The notes under the pieces were generated by a model. It was not told the origin of the DNA. It ran no database searches and was given only the letters and a program-made list of their open reading frames with translations. The position numbers and the translations under genes were made by a program. DNA of 64,000 nt from Vicinamibacteria bacterium (GTDB lineage: Bacteria > Acidobacteriota > Vicinamibacteria > Fen-336): the NCBI GenBank assembly GCA_025994075.1, contig JAMQGV010000048.1, forward strand, positions 1 to 64,000. Direction: 5' to 3'. Shown one piece after another: positions 25,667 through 34,552 of this stretch; within the stretch, counting starts at the first letter, position 1; every line of letters begins with the position of its first letter.

Positions 25667-26580
25667 TCAGGCCCGGGGGTGGAAGCGCTCGTAGACCTGG
25701 CGCAGGCGCTCGCGGGTGACGTGGGTGTAGATCTGGGTCGTCGAGATGTCGGCGTGGCCCAGCATCGCCTGCAGGGCGCGCAGGTCGGCCCCGCGCTCGA
25801 GCAGGTGGGTCGCGAAGGAGTGGCGCAGGACGTGGGGCGTCAGCACGCTGCCGACGCCGGCCGTCACGGCGTGCCGCCGCACGATCCCCCACAGCCCCAT
25901 TCGCGACAGCCGGCGGCCGCGCCGCCCGAGGAACAGCTCCACGGCCTGGCGCTTGCCCAGCCCGGGGCGCGCGTCGGCCGCGTACCGCCGCACCCAGGCG
26001 ATCGCCTCCGAGCCGAGCGGCACGATCCGCTCCTTGCGGCCCTTGCCCAGGGTCGTGACGAGCCCCAGCTCGAAGTCGATCTGCGCCGCCCGCAGCGCGA
26101 TCAGTTCCGACACGCGCAGGCCGGTGGCGTACAGCGTTTCGAGGATCGCGCGGTCGCGCAGGCCGAGCGGCGTGGCGACGTCGGGCGCGCGCAGCAGCGC
26201 CTCGACCTGGGCCGCGGTCAGGAACCGCGGCAGCGCCGGGAACGCCCGCGGCGCGCGCAGGTTCTCCATCGGGTCGTTCTCGAGCCGGCCCTCGCGCACG
26301 GCGAAGCGGAAGAGCCCGCGGATCGCGTGCACGGACCGCGCCACCGAGCGCGCGGAGAGGCCACCCTGGCGCAGCGCCATCATCCACTCGGAGACGTCGG
26401 ACTGGACGAGGTCGAGGGGGTCGCGGCCGCGCTCCTGCGCGAAGCGCTCGAGCTTCACGAGGTCGCGCCCGTAGGCCTCGAGCGAGTTGGCCGCGAGCCC
26501 CCGCTCCACCCTCAGGTGGTCGAGATACTCGCGGCCGATCCGGGTGCGCGGCCGGCTGCCGCTGCCCTTGTCCGCGGGAG
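25667..26580 (-). CDS. xerD: tyrosine site-specific recombinase XerD-like
   Basis: Catalytic R..HxxR..Y context is present ([36 protein letters not shown]). The start codon is uncertain: no ATG, GTG or TTG lies in frame before the N-terminal core. Confidence 0.8.
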
Positions 26581-26589
26581 CGGCAGCGG

Positions 26590-27351
26590 TCAGAAGCTGA
26601 TCTCGCCCCCGAACGTGAAGCCGCTCATCTCGTACTGCACGAAGTCGGGGTCGTCCTGGCCCTTGAACTTGACGATGCGGTAGCCCGCCGTGCCGGCCAA
26701 GCGGTCGGTCAGGTGCAGGCGCACGCCTGCTTCTCCTTCGTACATGTGGCCGCGGCTGCCCAGCGTGATGCCCGCGAAGTCGGCCGACATCGACAGCCGG
26801 CCCGCGTAGGCCCGGAAGGCGGCGCCCAGGGTCGGGATCGGCACCCGGAACTGCTCCGTCTCGCGGTCGCCGAGGGCCGGCGCCACCAGCACGACGTCGG
26901 CGTCCGAGAAGCGGCCGCCGATCTTGAGCCCGAAGTAGCCCCACTGCCCCTTCGCGAAATCCATCTGGAAGTCGACCGCGTAGATCCCGCCCTTGACCGT
27001 GGTGAAGAGCTCGGTGCCCCGGAAGAACGTGACGTCGCCGAAGCGGATGTTGCGCCCGGTGACCACGTCGCCGCGGTAGTCGACAGGCGTGTAGCTGCCC
27101 CGCAGCTTGGTGCCCGGACGAAGCTGCAGGCTGGCCCGCACCTCGAAGGTCCTCTCGTCGGCAATCCCCAGATCGTCGACCAGGTCGCTCAGCGTCCCGT
27201 CGCCCGCGGCGCCGGACTTCTGGACTTCACCGCTGAGCGTGGGGCGCCACTCGAGGTACTCGACGCGGAAGTTGTACTGCTCGTACACCGGCAGCTCCTG
27301 GGCCTGGACTCCGGACGCCGTCAGGGCCAGAAAAAGGGCGAATTTCCTCAA
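26590..27351 (-). CDS. outer membrane beta-barrel protein (signal peptide, C-terminal aromatic residue)
   Basis: The N-terminus is MRKFALFLALTASGVQAQ. Alternating amphipathic strands are visible and the protein ends in GGEISF. Confidence 0.6.
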   Translation of the reverse strand: MRKFALFLALTASGVQAQELPVYEQYNFRVEYLEWRPTLSGEVQKSGAAGDGTLSDLVDDLGIADERTFEVRASLQLRPGTKLRGSYTPVDYRGDVVTGRNIRFGDVTFFRGTELFTTVKGGIYAVDFQMDFAKGQWGYFGLKIGGRFSDADVVLVAPALGDRETEQFRVPIPTLGAAFRAYAGRLSMSADFAGITLGSRGHMYEGEAGVRLHLTDRLAGTAGYRIVKFKGQDDPDFVQYEMSGFTFGGEISF

Positions 27352-27461
27352 GGTCCCACCTCCGGGGCGCGCATCACTGAAAACTGCGGGACACTAGCAC
27401 GCCGCCGCGCTGAGCCACAAGGATTTGTGACTCGGCTCCGACGACCCCCAACACCTCGCGG

Positions 27462-29054
27462 CTAACTTCGCCTCAGGCGCCGCCGGACCGCCTGCGCCGC
27501 GAGCGTGGCCTCGGGCAACCGGAGAGCGAGAGCGGCGCCGGCGTAGACCGTGACGCCCGCCGCGACGCCGCCCAAAGTCACGGCCGCCTGCCGCCAGAGG
27601 CCTGCGCCGCCGATCCAGAGCTCGAGGCCGGCGGCGGCCGCCACCGCCCCTCCGCCCATCAAGGCCGAGGCTGCGGCCATCTTCACGCCCGCCCCGGCCA
27701 TGCCGTGGCCGCGCAGCCCTCCCCGCCGCCGCTGCTGCATCACGATCAGCACCGCGGCGTTGACGAAGCCCCCGGCACTCATGCCGAGCGCGACCGCGAG
27801 GTGGCCGAGTTGCCCCCAGGCGGCGAACATCACGACCAGGTTGGTGGCGATCGCGGCCAGGCTGGCGGCGAGCGGCACCCGCGGCTCCCCCGCCGCGTAG
27901 AAGGCGGGCGCCACCACCTTCACGGCCGTGAGGGCGCAGAGACCGAGCGCGTAGACGAGCAGCGCCGCCGCGACCTGCCGCGTGTCCTCGGCAGCGAAGC
28001 GCCCGCGCTCGTAGATCAGCCGCACGATCGGCTCGCGCAGCACCATCAGCCCGACCGTGGCGGGCAGGGTCAGGAACAGCGCGAAGCGCAGGCCCTGGCG
28101 CAGCGTGCGCGCGGCGGCTTCGTGGTCTCCCTGCGCGACCTGGCGCGAGAGGCCTGAAGCCGCCACCGTGGCGATCGCCACGCCGAAGATGCCGAGCGGC
28201 AGGTACAGCAGGCGGAACGCGTACTCGAGCCAGGAGACCGCGCCCGGGATCTCGGACGCGAAGTTGCTGCTCACGAAGACGTTGACCTGCACGGCCGCGA
28301 GCCCGACGGTGGCGGGAGCCATGAGCGCACCGATCCGCCGCACCCCGGGATCGGCAGGGCTCCACTCGGGCCTCAGGCGGAAGCCCTCGGCGCGCAGCGC
28401 CGGCCACTGCACGAGGAACTGCGCGGCGCCGCCGAGCAGGGTGCCGATGGCCCAGCCGAACGCCACGCTCTCGCCCTCGAAGCCCGCCAGCCACAGGGCG
28501 AGCCCCATCGCCACCGAGACCACGTTGAACATCGCCGGCGCGAAGGCCGGCAGCCCGAAGCGGCCGCGCGCGTTGAGCATGCCCATCGCGACAGCCGCGA
28601 ACGAGACCATCGGCAGGAACGGCAGCATCACGCGTGTCAGCCGCGTCGCCAGCTCGGCCTTCCCCGGCACGTCGGCAAAGCCGGGCGCGATCAGCGCCAC
28701 GATCGCGTCGGCGAAGAACCAGCCGAGCACGACCAGCAGCCCCAGCCCCACCGCCAGCAGCGTGAACAGGCGCGAGGCGAGGCGGTGGGCCGCAGGCAGC
28801 CCCTCCTTCTCGACCGTCGCCGCGTAGGTCGGGACCAGCGCCGCCGAGAGCGCCCCCTCGGCGAACAGGTCACGGACCAGGTTGGGGATGCGGAAGGCGA
28901 TGCGGAAGGCGTCCGAGTACGGACCGGCGCCGAGCAGGGCCGCGAACACCTGCTCGCGGACGAGGCCCATGACGCGGGACACGCCGACCATCGAGCTGAC
29001 CAGCGTCGCCGACCGCGCCAGCGAGGGCGATCCGTCCTTGACCGGATGGCTCAC
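27462..29054 (-). CDS. murJ: lipid II flippase MurJ (MviN)
   Basis: The product is a 530-aa polytopic protein. The N-terminus SRVMGLVREQVFAALLGAG...FRIPNLVRDLFAEGALSAA is characteristic. Confidence 0.9.
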   Translation of the reverse strand: MSHPVKDGSPSLARSATLVSSMVGVSRVMGLVREQVFAALLGAGPYSDAFRIAFRIPNLVRDLFAEGALSAALVPTYAATVEKEGLPAAHRLASRLFTLLAVGLGLLVVLGWFFADAIVALIAPGFADVPGKAELATRLTRVMLPFLPMVSFAAVAMGMLNARGRFGLPAFAPAMFNVVSVAMGLALWLAGFEGESVAFGWAIGTLLGGAAQFLVQWPALRAEGFRLRPEWSPADPGVRRIGALMAPATVGLAAVQVNVFVSSNFASEIPGAVSWLEYAFRLLYLPLGIFGVAIATVAASGLSRQVAQGDHEAAARTLRQGLRFALFLTLPATVGLMVLREPIVRLIYERGRFAAEDTRQVAAALLVYALGLCALTAVKVVAPAFYAAGEPRVPLAASLAAIATNLVVMFAAWGQLGHLAVALGMSAGGFVNAAVLIVMQQRRRGGLRGHGMAGAGVKMAAASALMGGGAVAAAAGLELWIGGAGLWRQAAVTLGGVAAGVTVYAGAALALRLPEATLAAQAVRRRLRRS

Positions 29055-29125
29055 GGCCCGTAAACTGCCGGTTTGTCGCGCGGCTCAAAGGCCTGGACGG
29101 CCCTCCGCGCCCCAGGAGGGAAGAC

Positions 29126-29404
29126 TTGGCTCATCACGCGTCGGCCCAGAAGCAGCAGAGGCAGAGCCTCAAGAAGCGGGCCCGCAACCGGAAGAACACG
29201 TCGCTGCTCAAGACCCAGATCAAGAAGCTCCGCTCGGCGATGAGCGCGGGCGACGCTGCCGCTGCCAAGGAACTGCTGCCGGCGACCGTCGGCCAGATCG
29301 ACAAGGCCGTGAAGAAGGGCATCGTCCACGACAACGCCGCCGCTCGCTACAAGAGCCGGCTCAGCAAGCGCGTCAACGCCCTCGCGGCGCAGAAGGCCTC
29401 CTAG
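29126..29404 (+). CDS. rpsT: 30S ribosomal protein S20 (TTG start)
   Basis: The product begins MAHHASAQKQQRQSLKKRARNR. The start codon reads ttg in the sequence. Confidence 0.9.
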   Translation: MAHHASAQKQQRQSLKKRARNRKNTSLLKTQIKKLRSAMSAGDAAAAKELLPATVGQIDKAVKKGIVHDNAAARYKSRLSKRVNALAAQKAS

Positions 29405-30428
29405 CTCCACGTCCTTCGGGCCCGGCCGTCCCCGGCCGGGCCGTGCGGCCCGCTCCCCCGAGGGCCGTCACCAGGGCTGCCGCCAGCGTCGCGCGCGGCT
29501 CGGCTCCCAGCTTCAGGCGCCGATCGGCTTCCTGCGCCGCCCCCAGCGCGGCGTCGAGCTGGGCGTCCGTCCAGTCGCGGGCCTGGGCCACGACCTCGTT
29601 GACCTTGAACGGGAGCACGCCGAGGAGCTGGGCGTGCTCGGTCCCGATCCCCCGCAGCCCGAGCGCGCGGGCTGCCCGCAGCCCCCGCAGCGCCGAGTAG
29701 ATCCGGCCCAGCAGGAGCGGCGGGTACTCGCGCAGGTCCAGTTCCTCCTCGACCAGTTCGAGCGCCGTGGTCAGGTCGCGCCGCCCCACCGCCTCGCCCA
29801 GCAGCCAGGGCGGGCGGCCCATCGCCCGGCCGAGCGAGGCCGCGGCTTCCTCCGCCGAGAGCCGTCCACCGTCCGCGAGCAGCTCCAGCTTCTCCACCTC
29901 CCCCATCAGGCGTCGGAGGTCCTGTCCCACGCGGGCGATCAGCTTTTCGATCGTGTCCGGCGAGAGTTGAAGCTTGCGCCGCGCCAGCTCGCCACGCAGC
30001 TCCGCGCGCACGTCGCCTTCCTTGAGCGGCAGAGCAGGGTGAACCGTCGCCCGCTCGTACAGCGCCTTCCAGAGCTTGAGGCGCTTGTCGGTCTTCGCGG
30101 CGATCACCACCAGGGCGTTGCCAGGACCGGGGGCGTCGAGCGCTGCCAGCAGCGCCTCGGCGTCGTCCGTCACGGCCTCGGCGCGGCGCACCACGACGAC
30201 CCGCCTGGAGGCGAACAGGGAGCCCGAGCGGAGCGCGTCCGCGATCTCGGGCCAGGTCGCGCGCTCCTCGCCGCGGAAGGTGACGATGGCGTCGGGGGGC
30301 GGGTCCGGGCCCAGCCACTGGCCGAGCACCCGCTGCAGCGCACGCTCCGCGAGGAACGAGTCGAACCGGTCCTTGTCGCCGTGGATCAGGTGCAGGAAGG
30401 CGGCCGGTGCCGCGCCACGGGCGGCCAA
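29373..30428 (-). CDS. holA: DNA polymerase III delta subunit
   Basis: HolA-like N-terminal and helical domains are present. Gene order holA-lptE-leuS is conserved. Its 3' end overlaps the rpsT 3' end on the opposite strand. Confidence 0.7.
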   Translation of the reverse strand: MAARGAAPAAFLHLIHGDKDRFDSFLAERALQRVLGQWLGPDPPPDAIVTFRGEERATWPEIADALRSGSLFASRRVVVVRRAEAVTDDAEALLAALDAPGPGNALVVIAAKTDKRLKLWKALYERATVHPALPLKEGDVRAELRGELARRKLQLSPDTIEKLIARVGQDLRRLMGEVEKLELLADGGRLSAEEAAASLGRAMGRPPWLLGEAVGRRDLTTALELVEEELDLREYPPLLLGRIYSALRGLRAARALGLRGIGTEHAQLLGVLPFKVNEVVAQARDWTDAQLDAALGAAQEADRRLKLGAEPRATLAAALVTALGGAGRTARPGTAGPEGRGARRPSAPRGR

Positions 30429-30432
30429 GGGG

Positions 30433-30963
30433 CTAGAACGCCTCGAGCATGGTGGCGACCAGGGCGCGCGCGAACTGCTGCGCGAGGCGCTCCGTCGCCT
30501 GCGTCTCGCGGTCGAAGAAGTCCGCGGGGTCGCCGCTGATGTCGTACTCGTCGCGGAACTGGAAGCCCGCGTTCTCGTAGAGCGGCTCGTCGACGCCGGT
30601 CTTCGTGTAGCGCACGCGCGCCGTCAGCACGATCGTGTAGCGGCTGGCCTGGGTGGTGCCGCCGCTGCCCTGCTCGAAGCCGACCGGCACGACCTGGTAC
30701 CCGGTCAGCTCGCCTTCGACGAGGGCGTCGACGCCGGCCTTGTCCTGGACGACGTCCACTCCGGACCCGCGCTTGAGCAACTCCTCGATCACGCGGGCAG
30801 TGATCTTCTGGTCGAGCCCCGGGCGGCCGGTGGCGTCCTTGAACAGCGGCACGCCGAGCCGCTTGATGGTCGGGTCGATGGAGCCGCCGCGACCGACGAG
30901 CCCGTAGCCGCAGCCCGCGGCAAGTCCCCCGCCGAGCAAGCCGAGCGCCGCGCGGCGCTTCAC
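30433..30963 (-). CDS. lptE: LPS-assembly lipoprotein LptE-like
   Basis: The GTG start overlaps the leuS stop (GTGA). There is a lipobox (LAAGCG). The position between leuS and holA fits. Confidence 0.7.
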   Translation of the reverse strand: MKRRAALGLLGGGLAAGCGYGLVGRGGSIDPTIKRLGVPLFKDATGRPGLDQKITARVIEELLKRGSGVDVVQDKAGVDALVEGELTGYQVVPVGFEQGSGGTTQASRYTIVLTARVRYTKTGVDEPLYENAGFQFRDEYDISGDPADFFDRETQATERLAQQFARALVATMLEAF

Positions 30964-33443
30964 TTGACCACCACGCTGACCAGCCGCCCGGGCACCACCA
31001 CCACCTTCTGCACCGTCTTGCCCGCGACCTGCTCCGCGACCCGCGGCTCGGCGAGCGCCGCCGCGCGGATGGCCTCCTCCGGCGTGCCGGCGGCGACGCT
31101 GATGCGGCCGCGCACCTTGCCGTTGACCTGCACGGCCAGCTCGACCGTCTCCTCGCGGGCCACCGCGGCATCGGCCACGGGCCACGGCGTGTCGACCAGC
31201 GGAGCGGTGCCCGCGGGCTGCAGCCGCTCCCACAGCTCCTCCGTGACGTGCGGCGCGAACGGGTTCAGGAGCTGGACGAGCGTGACCACGGCCTCGCGCA
31301 GCGCGAAGCGGCCGGCGGCGTCCTCGTGCAGCACCGGCTCCGCGGCGTGGATCTCGTTCGACAGCTTCATCAGCGCCGCCACGGCCGTGTTGAGCTGCAG
31401 GCGCTTCGAGACGTCGTCCGTGACCTTGGCGATCGTCTGGTGGGTGCGGCGGCGCAGGTCGCGGGCGGCGGCGGGCAGCTCGGCGGGCATCGCCCGCCCC
31501 GCCAGCGCGCGGAGGGCTTCGCCGTGGCGGGCGACCAGGCGCACCAGGCGCAGCAGGAAGCGGTGCGGCCCCTCGATCCCGTCTTCGCTCCACTCCAGCG
31601 AGTCCTCGGGCGGCGCCGCGAAGAGCACGTACAGCCGCAGCGTGTCGGCGCCGTAGCGGGCGTTGACGTCGTCGGGGGCGATGGTGTTGCCCTTCGACTT
31701 GGACATCACCTCGCCCTTCCAGTGGACCATGCCCTGCGGGAACAGCCGGGTCACGGGCTCGGCGTCCCTGACGAGGCCCAGGTCGCGCAGCACCTTGGTC
31801 CAGAAGCGCGAGTAGATCAGGTGCAGGATCGCGTGCTCGATGCCGCCGACGTAGAGGTCGATCGGGAACCAGTGGGCCACGGCCTTCGGGTCGAACGGGC
31901 CGTCCGCGTGCTTCGGCGAGCAGTAGCGGTAGAAGTACCAGGACGAGTCGACGAAGGTGTCCATCGTGTCCGTCTCGCGGCGGGCGGGGCCGCCGCACGA
32001 CGGGCACTTCGCCTTCACGAACGAGTCGACCTTCTCCAGCGGGTTGCCGCCTTCGCCGGTGAACGGGGCGTCGGGCGGCAGCGTGATCGGCAGCTCGGAG
32101 TCCGGCACGCCCTTCATGCCGCACTGGTCGCAGTAGACGACCGGGATCGGCGTGCCCCAGTAGCGCTGGCGGCTGATCAGCCAGTCCTTGAGCCGGTACG
32201 TGATCGTCGCCTTGCCGAAGCCCTTCGCCTCGGCGTGGGCGGCCATCTTCTCCTTGGCCGCCTCCCACTCGAGGCCGTTCCACTCGCCGCTGTTCACCAG
32301 CCGCCCCGGCCCCGAGTAAGCCTCGGCCACAGTGGCGCCGTCGAACGCTTCGCCCTCGGGCTGGATCACGACGCGCACGTCGAGCCCGTACTGGCGCGCG
32401 AACTCGAAGTCGCGCTGGTCGTGGGCGGGGACCGACATGATCGCGCCCGTGCCGTAGCCCATCAGCACGAAGTTGCCGACCCAGATCGGCACCCGCTCGC
32501 CGTTGAACGGGTTCACGGCGTGACGGCCGGTGAAGGCGCCCTCCTTGTCGACCTGGCCCGCGAGCCGCGCGCGCCGGTCCTGCTTGCGCAGGCGGGCGAC
32601 GACTTCTTTCGCCCCGGCGTCGGCGTCGCGCATCAGGCCGTCGACCCGCGGGTGCTCGGGGGCCAGCAGCAGGAAGGTCGCGCCGCAGATGGTGTCGACG
32701 CGGGTCGTGAACACGCGGATCGGCTCGGCCTCGCCTTCCACCGCGAAGTCGACGTGGGCGCCCGGCGAGCGCCCGATCCAGTTCTTCTGCTGGACCAGCA
32801 CCCGGTCGGGCCACTCGGTCAGGCCGTCCATGTCCTCGAGGAGCTGGTCCTGGTAGGCCGTGATGCGCAGGAACCACTGGTCCATCTCGCGTTCCTGGAT
32901 CGCGCTCTTGCAACGCCAGCAGGTGCCGCCTTCCGCCTGCTCGTTGGCCAGCACGGTCTGGCACGACGGGCACCAGTTGACCGGCGCCTTCTGCCGGTAG
33001 GCGATGCCGCGCTCCAGCATGCGCAGGAACGTCCACTGGTTCCAGTGGTAGTAGTCCGCGTCGCAGGTGGCGATCTCGCGGCTCCACGGGTAGCTGAAGC
33101 CCATCCGCATGAGCTGCCGCTTCATGCCCGCGATGTTCGAGCGGGTCCAGGCCTCCGGGTGGGTGCCGCGCTTGATCGCCGCGTTCTCGGCCGGCAGGCC
33201 CAGCGCGTCCCAGCCGATCGGGTGCAGCACGTTGAAGCCCTGCATCCGCTTGACCCGCGCGATCACGTCGGTGATGCAGTAGTTGCGGACGTGGCCGACG
33301 TGGATGTCGCCGGACGGGTACGGCAGCATCTCGAGGCAGTAGAACTTCGGCCGCGACGCGTCCTCGCGGACCTCGAACGTGCCCTCGTCCTGCCAGCGCT
33401 TCTGCCAGCGCGCCTCGATCGCCTCGAAATCGTAGTCGCTCAT
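30960..33443 (-). CDS. leuS: leucine--tRNA ligase
   Basis: The HIGH motif HVGH is present, with the N-terminus MSDYDFEAIEARWQKRW. The product is 827 aa. Confidence 0.95.
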   Translation of the reverse strand: MSDYDFEAIEARWQKRWQDEGTFEVREDASRPKFYCLEMLPYPSGDIHVGHVRNYCITDVIARVKRMQGFNVLHPIGWDALGLPAENAAIKRGTHPEAWTRSNIAGMKRQLMRMGFSYPWSREIATCDADYYHWNQWTFLRMLERGIAYRQKAPVNWCPSCQTVLANEQAEGGTCWRCKSAIQEREMDQWFLRITAYQDQLLEDMDGLTEWPDRVLVQQKNWIGRSPGAHVDFAVEGEAEPIRVFTTRVDTICGATFLLLAPEHPRVDGLMRDADAGAKEVVARLRKQDRRARLAGQVDKEGAFTGRHAVNPFNGERVPIWVGNFVLMGYGTGAIMSVPAHDQRDFEFARQYGLDVRVVIQPEGEAFDGATVAEAYSGPGRLVNSGEWNGLEWEAAKEKMAAHAEAKGFGKATITYRLKDWLISRQRYWGTPIPVVYCDQCGMKGVPDSELPITLPPDAPFTGEGGNPLEKVDSFVKAKCPSCGGPARRETDTMDTFVDSSWYFYRYCSPKHADGPFDPKAVAHWFPIDLYVGGIEHAILHLIYSRFWTKVLRDLGLVRDAEPVTRLFPQGMVHWKGEVMSKSKGNTIAPDDVNARYGADTLRLYVLFAAPPEDSLEWSEDGIEGPHRFLLRLVRLVARHGEALRALAGRAMPAELPAAARDLRRRTHQTIAKVTDDVSKRLQLNTAVAALMKLSNEIHAAEPVLHEDAAGRFALREAVVTLVQLLNPFAPHVTEELWERLQPAGTAPLVDTPWPVADAAVAREETVELAVQVNGKVRGRISVAAGTPEEAIRAAALAEPRVAEQVAGKTVQKVVVVPGRLVSVVVK

Positions 33444-33484
33444 CGCCCTCGTGTCCGTCCTGGTTGCCGTTCGAACCGTGAATG

Positions 33485-34522
33485 CTAGCGCAGGACGGGC
33501 CAGTGCCCCGAATGGGCGCTGCGCAGCGCCGCGAGCAGCGCGGCACCGCGATTGTCGATCGCGGGTGGCGAGGTCGACTCCCCCTCCCCGAGCGCGGCCC
33601 GTGCCACCTCCGCCGCGGAGCCGGCGATGCCGTCGAGGTCGTAGCCGCCCTCGAGCACGAACGCCACCCGTCCCCCGGCGGGAGCTGCCGCCGCGAGACA
33701 GGCACGGGCCAGCCTGCCGAAACCCGCGGCCGAGACCCGCATCCCGGCCAGCGGGTCGTCCGCGTGCGGGTCGAAGCCCATCGACACGAGCACGAGTTGA
33801 GGCGCGAAGGACTCGACGACCGGCCCGACGAGGTCCTCGTAGAGCGCACCGTACTCGGCATCGCCGCAGCCCTGGGGCAGCGGCAGGTTGACGGTGAACC
33901 CGCGCCCGCGTCCCTGCCCCATCTCGCCCAGCGCCCCCGTGCCCGGGTAGAACGGCCACGCGTGCGAGGAGACGAACAACACCCGGGGGTCGGACTCGAA
34001 GGCGTGCTGGGTCCCGTTGCCGTGGTGCACGTCCCAGTCGACGACGGCGACCCGGTCGAGCCCGCGCGCCAGGGCGTGGGCCGCGCCGATCGCGACGTTG
34101 CCGAGCAGGCAGAAACCCATCGGCCGATCGCGCTCGGCGTGATGCCCCGGCGGGCGCACCGCGACCAGGGCGCTGTCGAGTTCGCCGTCGAGCAGCGCGT
34201 CGACGGCCTCCGTCACGGCACCCGCGGCGAGCAGCGCCGCTTCGAGCGATCGCGGACCGGCCGGCGTGTCCGGGTCGAAGGCGACGCGGGCCGTGCGCGC
34301 CGCCTCGAGGTCGAGCAGGTGGCGGTCGGAGTGGATTCGAAGCACGTCCGCGGCATCGGCTTCGCGGGGCTGGCGGTGGGCCAGACGGCCATCGAGGCCC
34401 GCCTCGCGCAGGCCTCGATCGAAGGCCACGAGGCGCTCGGGGCGCTCGGGGTGCCCCGGCCCCGTGTCGTGCTCCAGGAAGGCCGGGTGGTCGAACAGGC
34501 CGACGCGCGGGGCCGCGCTCAT
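33485..34522 (-). CDS. histone deacetylase family / acetoin utilization AcuC-like amidohydrolase
   Basis: The HDAC fold signature is present (HPERPERL, DWDVHHGNGTQ). Confidence 0.8.
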   Translation of the reverse strand: MSAAPRVGLFDHPAFLEHDTGPGHPERPERLVAFDRGLREAGLDGRLAHRQPREADAADVLRIHSDRHLLDLEAARTARVAFDPDTPAGPRSLEAALLAAGAVTEAVDALLDGELDSALVAVRPPGHHAERDRPMGFCLLGNVAIGAAHALARGLDRVAVVDWDVHHGNGTQHAFESDPRVLFVSSHAWPFYPGTGALGEMGQGRGRGFTVNLPLPQGCGDAEYGALYEDLVGPVVESFAPQLVLVSMGFDPHADDPLAGMRVSAAGFGRLARACLAAAAPAGGRVAFVLEGGYDLDGIAGSAAEVARAALGEGESTSPPAIDNRGAALLAALRSAHSGHWPVLR

Positions 34523-34552
34523 CGCCCGCCCCCGCGCGCCGCCTTCACGCGA

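Noticed and set aside
25667-26580. xerD as an integrase marking a mobile element
   Set aside because: The flanking genes are housekeeping (metK, OMP, murJ, rpsT) and no att-like repeats were noticed. It is most likely the chromosomal dif recombinase.
29404-29470. GC-rich hairpin ggcccggccg-tccc-cggccgggcc after rpsT as a terminator
   Set aside because: It lies inside the holA coding region and has no U-tract.
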